Shown here in pieces: positions 1 through 7,002 of a DNA stretch of 25,724 nucleotides. Position 1 is the first letter of the stretch, and each line of letters opens with the position of its first letter. Origin of the DNA: Planctomycetota bacterium. Its GTDB lineage: Bacteria; Planctomycetota; SZUA-567; H5-PLA8. The translations under genes and the position numbers were made by a program. The stretch covers positions 1-25,724 of the forward strand of contig BTVV01000087.1 in NCBI GenBank assembly GCA_045863855.1, given 5' to 3'. Under the pieces are notes generated by a model that was not told the origin of the DNA, made no database searches, and saw only the letters and a list, made by a program, of their open reading frames with translations.

Positions 1-3000
1 CCCGCGACGAGTAGCTTTTCGGCATCGGCGCCGGATTCGATCGCCAGCGCGAAGAGCTTACGCTTCTGGTTCTGGAAGACCGGATCCTCGGCGCGGTAGG
101 ACGGGTCGTCCCAAGGCATCTTGCTGCGCGTGACGGCGGCGACGGGCTTGACCGGTTCGGGTTCCAGCGCGGCCGGGGCCACCGGCGCGACGGGTTTCGG
201 TTCGCTATGCAGCCGCGCGGTGGCGGCCGGTTCGGGCGCCGGCAGCGGCCGTTCTTCGGGTTTCGCCACGACGGGCTCTGGCCGGGCCGGTTCGGGCTTG
301 GGTGACGGTTGCGCCACGGCGGGCTCTTCGTCCGGTAACTCACGAGGCTGCGGCGCGACGGTCATCGGTTCGGGCTTGACCGGTTCTTTCGGTTTCACGG
401 GCTTGGCGGAGGCCGTCTCACGGACATCGCGCGGCGGAGGGATCCACGCGCCGTCTTCTTCGTTCTTGACCTCGACGGGCTTGGGGGCCACCTTCTGCGG
501 CTCGACCGGCTTCTTGCTCTCGGGTTCGCGCGCCTCGACCTTTTCGGCGCCTTCCGGGGTCTGCGGCGGGTCCGTCTCGGCCATCGAGCCGTCGTTGACC
601 AGCACATCGACGATCGCCGGCAGGCTGGTGAAATCGCCGTCGAAGACGGTGAGCATGAAGCGGTACTTGCCCGGGATGTAAATGTTGATGCCGATGCGCG
701 GCTTGCTGAGGGCCAAGGGCGAGAGCTGCAAATCCTCGCCGCCCACCTGCTTCCACGCGAATTTGAGTTCGCGGCCGGGAGCGCCCTTGCTCGCGCGTCC
801 GTCGAGGATCACGGCGTGGCTGGGATCCTTGGTGCCGCGCGGCGCGGCCTTGGCGCGAATCAGGTTCGGGGTGGCGATGGCGCGGGGGAGCGAACCGGGT
901 TCGACGATGGTAAGCTTGACCTGTTCGGGCTGGCTCTCGGCCTTGCCGTCGCTGACCGAAAGCTCCCAGATCATGTCGCCGCGGCGGGGCGCGACGAAAC
1001 TGACGCGCGCGCCTTCCTGCTTCAAGTTCTCGGGCCGCGCGCCGGCCACTTGCCGCCAGGTATACTTGAGCTTCTCGGGGCCCTTGTCCGGATCGTCGGA
1101 ACCGGAGCCGTCGAGAATCACTTCGCGGCGTTCTTCGGTAATCAGCCGGCGCGTCTTGATCACGTGTGGCAGCTTGAGCAGGTCTTCGGTTCCGGCCAGA
1201 TCGGCGGGGGTGAAGCCGGCCAGCGCCACGGGAGCGGCTTGCGGCGGGACGTTGGCCTGCCGCGTCGCGACCTTGACCACTTTCGGCTCGCTCCAGTGCT
1301 TCCCGTCGTAGACCTTCAGTTCGAATTCGTACTCGCCGGGCTTGGGTAACTTGACCTTCAGCGCATCGCGCTTGTACGCCAACCAGCCCAGATCGGGTTC
1401 GCCGCCGTCCGGCCAGGTGACCGCGCGCCAGCGGTATTCGAGGGCTTTGCCTTCGGGATCCTTGGACGGGGTGCCGTCCAGCGAGAGCTTGTCGCCGGCT
1501 TCGACGGGGACGATCTCGGCGATTTCAGCCACCGGCGGCGCGTTGTCGGCGTTAACTTCGAAGCTGACGCGCGCGGGGGCGCTCTTGACCTTGCCGTTGT
1601 CGACGACGACTTCGAAGACGTAGGCGCCGGCCTCGCGTGCATTGACGGTGAGCGCCGGTCCGTCGGGCTTCACGTCGGCGCGTGCCGGACCTTCGACCTG
1701 CTTCCAGGTGTAGACCAAGGGCTTCCCGTTGGGGTCTTTGCTTTCGGCGGCGGAGAGCGTCACCGCGCGGCCGAGCGGGAAGGGGCCTTCGCCTTCGGCC
1801 TTGGCGCTCGCCAGCGGCGGATTGGCCGGAGCGGAGACGTTCACTGTCCACGTGGCCGGCTTGCTGCGCATCCCGCCTTCGTCGGTGACGAGAAGCTGGA
1901 AGACGTATGCGCCTTCGGCTTCGGGGCGGAAGACGAGCTTGGGCTGGCTCTTCTCGCGTTCGCTCAACTTCACTTCGGGTCCGGCGCCTTCGACCTGCGA
2001 CCACTGGTAAGCCGTCAGTTTGCCGCCCTCGGCGTCGCGGCTCTTCTCGGCGGTAAGCGTGACGGTTTCGCCGACGTGGGCGGTCTCGGGGCCTTCGGGG
2101 TGCGCGATGGGCTCCTTATTGCGATGCTGAATCTTGAGCTGCACCATGGCCGGCGCGCCGTCGGCCTGGCCGTCGTTGACGAGCAGTTCGAGGCGCACGG
2201 TCCCCGGTTCGGCGGTCTTGACCGTGACCTGCGGCTGATCGCGGCCCACGAGTTCGACCTTGGGCACGGCATCGAGGACGCGCCAGCGATAGGTGAGCTT
2301 ATCGCCTTCGTCCTCGTCATGGCTGGCGGAGCCGTCGACGGCAATCTCTTCGCCGGCGAAGATCGCGGGCGGTTCGGCCACCTTGGCCACGGGCGCGCGG
2401 TTGCCTTTGCCTACGTTCAGCTTCCAGACGTGCGCGGGGCTCTCGTTGGCGCCGTCGCTGACGACCAGTTCGATCTTGATTTCGCCGGCTTCGCCGGGCG
2501 TGAAGGTCCAGGTCTTGTCGTTAAGACCCGGCGCGGGACCGGCGATGGCCGGACCGCTTAGTTGCTTCCAATGAAAGGTGAGGCGCTTGTGTTCGGGATC
2601 GCTCGAACGTTCGGCCGAGAGCGTGACTTCCTGGCCTACGGCGGCGGCCTCTGCGCCGGCGATCACGGCCGTGGGCGCGAGGTTGATGTCGTCGCCGACC
2701 TGGACCTGCACGCGCCGAGCGGGGCTGGAGGCCGTGCCGTCGTGCGCCACCAGTTGCACGAGGTACACGCGCTTCTCGGTGGGCGTGAAGACCAGCGGAT
2801 TCTGGGTCAGCGTTTCGGGCGGCAGCTTCAGTTCGGCCGGCTCGACGATCGTCCACTGCACGGTGGTCGGATCGCCGTCGGCGTCTTCGACGATGGCTTC
2901 CAGGCGCACGGCTTGTCCGGCGATGGCCGGCACGGATTCCGGCAGGTTGACCGTCGGCGCGTGGTTGGCGCCGCGCACGATCACCTTCCCGAGCGCCGGT

Positions 3001-4298
3001 TCGCTCTGGTGCTTCCCGTCGCTTACGATCAGCTTGATCCCGTACTCGCCTTCTTCTTCGGTCTCGAACTTGACCTTGGGTCCGTCGCGGCCGATCCATT
3101 TGCGCGGCTTGAGCCCCTCGCCCGACCAGCCCCAAATATAGGAGAGTTCCTTGCCTTCGGGATCTTTGGACTTGGAGCCGTCCAACTCGACGGCGACACC
3201 CTTTTCGACGGCGGGCGTGGCAATGAACAAGTCAGCCACCGGCGCGCGGTCCTGCTCGCCTTCGACGACCTCGAACTCGATCACGTTGCTGCTGGCGCGG
3301 CGCTGCTTGGCGCCCTTGCCGGCGGTGACTTCAAGCTGGAAGCGGTACACGCCGGGTTGCTCGGGCTTCACGCGCCAGACGGGCGTGGCCAGCGGATCGG
3401 TGCGGCCGTCCTTGGCGTACTGCGGATCGTGCTTGAGGCTACGCAGCAGCGGGACTTTCCCATCCAGCTTTTGCGACCAGAAGTACTCCAACTCCTGGCC
3501 CAGCGGATCGTGGCTGCCGCGCCCGTCGAGGACCAGTTCTTCGCCAAGCTTGACCGGCTTGCCAGGCTCGACTTTCACGACCGGCGACGCGTCGGCGTTG
3601 GGCTTCTCGGGCGTCACGGCCGGAGCCGTTACGGGCAAGCTATGCTTCTCTTCTTCGCTCCCCGCGATATTGATGCGCGGCTTCTTGTTTACGGCCGCCA
3701 CCTTGAGTTCCACGCTGGCCGGCTCGCTCCAGGTTTCGCCGTCGGAGACCTTCAACTCGAAGACGTACTCGCCGGGCTCAGCGGCATCGAAATCGAACTG
3801 GCGTGCTTGAAGCTGCAGTTCGGTGAGTTTGACCGCCGGACCCCCCGTCTGCTTCCACTGGTAGGCCTTGAGCTTGCCGTCGGGATCTTTGCTGAGGCTG
3901 GCGTCGAAGACGACGCGCTGGTTCATCGTCGCGCGCTCGGGCTGCACGCGCGGGACCGCCACCGGCGCGAGGTTGGGCTTGGCGACGTTTACCTTCTTGG
4001 TGCCGACGACCGTATCCTTGCCGTCGGAGACGCGGATCTCGAAGACGTACTCGCCGGGCTCGGTGGGCACGAACCAAGTCTTGGCTTCGCTGGCTTTGGC
4101 AATGCGGACCTTAGGTCCGGAAACCTGAGTCCACTGAAAGGTGAGTTTGTCGCCGTCCGGGTCTTCGGCCTCGACTTCGAGCGGAACCTTCCACTTGTCG
4201 TCGTCGAGCCCGGCGTCCTGGGCGCGCAGGGAGATAGCGCACGGTCCGGCCAGGAGCAACAAAGCTCCCAGCGCCATGCGAATGCGATAACCGATCAT
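1..4298 (-). CDS. Giant secreted protein with ~12 tandem PKD-like (KIAA0319/REJ-type Ig-fold) domains and a Pro/Glu/Lys-rich linker; partial, runs off the left edge (>=1432 aa)
   Basis: Absent from the ORF track because there is no stop inside the window. Hand translation from ATG 4298 (SD GGAGG at 4310-4306) gives MIGYRIRMALGALLLLAGPCAISLRAQD (Sec signal), then repeated LDGS.S.DP.G..L.Y.W.Q..GP...PG.Y.F.L.V.DG units. Examples: DPDGDKLTFQWTQVSGP ~4160, DPDGKLKAYQWKQTGGP ~3885, DPEHKRLTFHWKQLSGP ~2595, DPNGKPLVYTWKQVEGP ~1735, GRELKFAWKQVGG ~770. Frame spot-checked at 3021 and at the left edge. Confidence 0.92.
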   Translation of the reverse strand, partial: MIGYRIRMALGALLLLAGPCAISLRAQDAGLDDDKWKVPLEVEAEDPDGDKLTFQWTQVSGPKVRIAKASEAKTWFVPTEPGEYVFEIRVSDGKDTVVGTKKVNVAKPNLAPVAVPRVQPERATMNQRVVFDASLSKDPDGKLKAYQWKQTGGPAVKLTELQLQARQFDFDAAEPGEYVFELKVSDGETWSEPASVELKVAAVNKKPRINIAGSEEEKHSLPVTAPAVTPEKPNADASPVVKVEPGKPVKLGEELVLDGRGSHDPLGQELEYFWSQKLDGKVPLLRSLKHDPQYAKDGRTDPLATPVWRVKPEQPGVYRFQLEVTAGKGAKQRRASSNVIEFEVVEGEQDRAPVADLFIATPAVEKGVAVELDGSKSKDPEGKELSYIWGWSGEGLKPRKWIGRDGPKVKFETEEEGEYGIKLIVSDGKHQSEPALGKVIVRGANHAPTVNLPESVPAIAGQAVRLEAIVEDADGDPTTVQWTIVEPAELKLPPETLTQNPLVFTPTEKRVYLVQLVAHDGTASSPARRVQVQVGDDINLAPTAVIAGAEAAAVGQEVTLSAERSSDPEHKRLTFHWKQLSGPAIAGPAPGLNDKTWTFTPGEAGEIKIELVVSDGANESPAHVWKLNVGKGNRAPVAKVAEPPAIFAGEEIAVDGSASHDEDEGDKLTYRWRVLDAVPKVELVGRDQPQVTVKTAEPGTVRLELLVNDGQADGAPAMVQLKIQHRNKEPIAHPEGPETAHVGETVTLTAEKSRDAEGGKLTAYQWSQVEGAGPEVKLSEREKSQPKLVFRPEAEGAYVFQLLVTDEGGMRSKPATWTVNVSAPANPPLASAKAEGEGPFPLGRAVTLSAAESKDPNGKPLVYTWKQVEGPARADVKPDGPALTVNAREAGAYVFEVVVDNGKVKSAPARVSFEVNADNAPPVAEIAEIVPVEAGDKLSLDGTPSKDPEGKALEYRWRAVTWPDGGEPDLGWLAYKRDALKVKLPKPGEYEFELKVYDGKHWSEPKVVKVATRQANVPPQAAPVALAGFTPADLAGTEDLLKLPHVIKTRRLITEERREVILDGSGSDDPDKGPEKLKYTWRQVAGARPENLKQEGARVSFVAPRRGDMIWELSVSDGKAESQPEQVKLTIVEPGSLPRAIATPNLIRAKAAPRGTKDPSHAVILDGRASKGAPGRELKFAWKQVGGEDLQLSPLALSKPRIGINIYIPGKYRFMLTVFDGDFTSLPAIVDVLVNDGSMAETDPPQTPEGAEKVEAREPESKKPVEPQKVAPKPVEVKNEEDGAWIPPPRDVRETASAKPVKPKEPVKPEPMTVAPQPRELPDEEPAVAQPSPKPEPARPEPVVAKPEERPLPAPEPAATARLHSEPKPVAPVAPAALEPEPVKPVAAVTRSKMPWDDPSYRAEDPVFQNQKRKLFALAIESGADAEKLLVA

Positions 4299-4303
4299 GC
4301 CAA

Positions 4304-4329
4304 GACCTCCCCCCCGGAGGTCCCGGGGG
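4304..4329 (-). promoter_or_regulatory. RBS region with two overlapping, mutually exclusive 7-bp hairpins (SD-sequestering versus SD-releasing)
   Basis: mRNA reads UAG CGG CCCCCGG GACCU CCGGGGG GGAGG UCUUGGC AUG. Stem A is 4329-4323 with 4317-4311. Stem B is GACCUCC 4322-4316 with GGAGGUC 4310-4304. Confidence 0.55.
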
Positions 4330-4332
4330 CCG

Positions 4333-4926
4333 CTAATCGGCCGGTGCGCCAGCGACCTCGGACGCCACTTCGGCGTCTTCTTCGGCCGGCTGCTCCGGAT
4401 TCGCCGCGGGCGGCTTGGGCGGGTTGAGGCCCAGCAAGCGGCCCAACTCCTCGCTCACCGCCGCGACTTCGCGCTCGTCCAAGTCCGGCTGCCGGACTTC
4501 GTGGCGTTCGCCGCCCTTGCGTTCGGCGAAGACCAGCACGTCCGCGCCGTCGGCCGCGCGCGTACCGCCGTCGAGCTTAAAGACGCGCTTGCGCGTCAAC
4601 ATCAGCGCCAGCACGTAGCGGAACGCTACCTTTTGACCGTCGGTATCGCCCGCCAAGCGCCGGAAAAAATCCAGCACCGACTCGACATCCAACACCGGCT
4701 TAGGCGGTGCTTCTTCGCCTTCCACCGGAACCGCCGTGCGCCAGAACGAATACGCATGCGCCGGATGGTGCGTCTCGAAGCACGCCGGACAATAATCCAG
4801 ACGCTGGAGCTTCGTGCTCTCGCCTGGAACCAGCAACGAAAAGTACGACTCGCTCGGCCTGAACCGGACTTGGCACAAGTGACACGTCTGATTCGACTTC
4901 GCGATGTTCCACTCGCTGGAAGACAC
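4333..4926 (-). CDS. Hypothetical protein (~197 aa) with two CxxC motifs (putative zinc ribbon)
   Basis: ORF 4333..4983. Likely start is GTG 4926, after the SD-like AGGGGAG. Motifs: WNIAKSNQTCHLC, RLDYCPACF, FWRT, YVLALMLTRKRVFK. Typical high-GC codon usage. Confidence 0.8.
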   Translation of the reverse strand: MSSSEWNIAKSNQTCHLCQVRFRPSESYFSLLVPGESTKLQRLDYCPACFETHHPAHAYSFWRTAVPVEGEEAPPKPVLDVESVLDFFRRLAGDTDGQKVAFRYVLALMLTRKRVFKLDGGTRAADGADVLVFAERKGGERHEVRQPDLDEREVAAVSEELGRLLGLNPPKPPAANPEQPAEEDAEVASEVAGAPAD

Positions 4927-5046
4927 GGGTCGACTCCCCTGGATGTCCCCCCCAGCGGATGCCGTGGAAAGCAGGTCCCGCAACGTACGGTCCCCCTGGA
5001 ACGGTTTCGGCCACCGCTCCCATTAGCCTTTAACCGACTGGGACTT

Positions 5047-5075
5047 ATTGTGAGTTTACGCAGCACTTATGTCAA
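5047..5075 (-). promoter_or_regulatory. Candidate sigma70-type promoter for the hypothetical + PKD gene pair
   Basis: Minus strand TTGACA (5075-5070), 17 nt spacer, CACAAT (5052-5047), in an AT-richer intergenic gap. Confidence 0.6.
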
Positions 5076-5076
5076 G

Positions 5077-5094
5077 AGGTGCATGGATGCACCT
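5077..5094. promoter_or_regulatory. Perfect 8-bp inverted repeat, candidate transcription-factor site abutting the -35
   Basis: AGGTGCAT-GG-ATGCACCT, 1 nt upstream of TTGACA. Confidence 0.5.
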
Positions 5095-5156
5095 TCAGCG
5101 AAATATGTATTCTAAGCTATCGATTTGTGTTTTATTAGGACGCTGGCCTTGTCGGA

Positions 5157-6065
5157 TCAGTGTGCCATCGAATTCCGGGCGAGATTGGCCATCTGAATCA
5201 TCTGGTCCAACGAGCGGTGTCCGACAAGTGCGCAGGTCAGGTTACGGGCGGGGCATTTCCACATCACCACCCGCATGCCATCGTGATCGACGGTCCACAG
5301 GTTGAGCTTGGGATCGAGGTTCATGTCGTCGGGACTCTCTTTCCAATTGTGGATCAAGAGCGTCAGCGGTCCCAACTGGGGGTGCTCGTATTTGACGAAG
5401 ACGCCTTGAGGAGCGTTGTAAGGCTGGAGCGCCGGAAGAGGGGTGACGCCGGCGGCGGTCGGGGCGAGTCCGTACTCTTTCAGGCATGGGACGCAAGGCA
5501 GATCGACCTTCGACTCTGCGCTGACGAACCGCACCAGGTGCGAGGGATCGCCGGACGCGACGCGAATGGCGCTGGGGTCGTTCATGACGCGCTGATGCAA
5601 CTGTTCGCAGGCCAGTATGTAATGGCATTCGGGGATAAAGCGGCTGCCGACGGCCACGAAGGCCACGCCTGAAACGGCCAGTAGCACCGCAGCGGCCAAA
5701 GCCAGGGAGCGCGAATAGCGCGGCATGCGCGCGACACGGCGTTCGGAATCGTGCGATGGCGCGTGGCGTTCGCGCGGCTCGGGAATGTGCGTACCCAAAT
5801 CGCGCAAGGGGTGCGCCGGTTCGTGCTCATCGGTGTGAGGCCGAGGCCCCTGCCAAAGCTTGGCGGCAAGACGCTCGCGCAGCCCCGCCGGCGCCGGTTC
5901 GCAGCACGCCTGCTTAAGGAACTTGTGAAACGCTTCGCCCTCGCAACAGGCTTCCTTCAGCGCCGGGTCGCCCTCGCAGCAAGCCTCGAAGCGCGCGCGT
6001 TCGGCGGGATCGAGCTGTCCGTCGAGATAGGCCTGCATGGCCGGGCGCACGTCTTCCTCCTTCAT
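5157..6065 (-). CDS. Membrane-anchored anti-sigma factor, Cys-rich (302 aa)
   Basis: Directly follows the ECF sigma (TAG|ATG junction). N-terminal AYLDGQLDPAERARFE anti-sigma domain and APAGLRERL, one TM helix (LALAAAVLLAVSGVAFVAV), then a C-terminal extracytoplasmic domain. Confidence 0.85.
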   Translation of the reverse strand: MKEEDVRPAMQAYLDGQLDPAERARFEACCEGDPALKEACCEGEAFHKFLKQACCEPAPAGLRERLAAKLWQGPRPHTDEHEPAHPLRDLGTHIPEPRERHAPSHDSERRVARMPRYSRSLALAAAVLLAVSGVAFVAVGSRFIPECHYILACEQLHQRVMNDPSAIRVASGDPSHLVRFVSAESKVDLPCVPCLKEYGLAPTAAGVTPLPALQPYNAPQGVFVKYEHPQLGPLTLLIHNWKESPDDMNLDPKLNLWTVDHDGMRVVMWKCPARNLTCALVGHRSLDQMIQMANLARNSMAH

Positions 6066-6740
6066 CTACTTCGCTCCCTCTGAGCGCAACAGCCCGCGTT
6101 CCTGGGCGTAGGCGGCCAATTCCTGCTGCAACTGCTTGCGCGCGCGGAACAGGCGCGACATCACCGTGCCGATGGGTATTTCCAGCGCCTCGACCGTCTC
6201 CTGGTAAGAGAGTTCGCCCAGCGTCACCAGCATCAGCACCACGCGCTGGTCTTCGTCCAGACGGTCCAGCGCGCGCTTGAATTCGTCATCGACCAGATCG
6301 GGATACAACTCGTCCCAATCGACCTTCTTCGCCTCGTACGAGCCGTCCCCGCCATCCGCGGCGGGTAAGATCTGGTCCGCCGTGGCCGGATCGACCGTCT
6401 GCTCCCGGGTCTTCGCGCTGCGCCGTTCGTTCCGGTACAGCAGCGTGAGGATGCGGAAAATCCAAGCCTTGAAATTCGTCCCGAGCGTAAAGCGGTCGAA
6501 ATTCTGCCACGCCCGTATGTACGCCTCCTGCACCAGATCTTCGGCCCGCGCCGCATGGCGGGTCATGCGCAGCGCCGTGGCGAAGAGCGAATCCGCCAAC
6601 GGCATGGCGATCCGCTCGAATTGCGCACGACGGATCACCGGGTCGGCCGACGGCGCTCCCGTAGCTCCGTCGCCCGCGCTCGACGCCTCCGGGCGTTGGA
6701 CAGGCAGCGTAGGAAGGCCGCCCGTACGCTCCTCCGGCAT
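6066..6740 (-). CDS. ECF-family RNA polymerase sigma-70 factor (SigR/SigH-like, ~224 aa)
   Basis: Region 2: AEDLVQEAYIRAWQNFDRFTLGTNFKAWIFRIL. Region 4: LSYQETVEALEIPIGTVMSRLFRARKQL. Start chosen at ATG 6740 after AAGGAAGGG (ORF track start is 6779). Confidence 0.95.
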   Translation of the reverse strand: MPEERTGGLPTLPVQRPEASSAGDGATGAPSADPVIRRAQFERIAMPLADSLFATALRMTRHAARAEDLVQEAYIRAWQNFDRFTLGTNFKAWIFRILTLLYRNERRSAKTREQTVDPATADQILPAADGGDGSYEAKKVDWDELYPDLVDDEFKRALDRLDEDQRVVLMLVTLGELSYQETVEALEIPIGTVMSRLFRARKQLQQELAAYAQERGLLRSEGAK

Positions 6741-7002
6741 GCACCCTTCCTTGCCGGGCGGCCTTGCCTCTTTGCACAAGCCGCGCCGATCTATAAAGTC
6801 AATCCACGAGACGGCCTTAAGTATTCCGTTGAGGCGCAGAATATAGGTATATTAGGCGCATTCAAGCGCACGGGCTTAGCTCACGTGCAGTAAACAGGAC
6901 TGGCTAAGGTCTCTTTAATCGGGAACGAATCTCCACGGTTGGGGCGATTCCCACTGCCCTCATGCGCCTGGACGAGGTAACAATAAGAGGTAGGAGAAGG
7001 TT

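Noticed and set aside
121..4427. Long plus-strand ORFs (121..681, 682..1311, 2562..4427 and others)
   Set aside because: Antisense shadows of the high-GC PKD gene, with no motifs or RBS.
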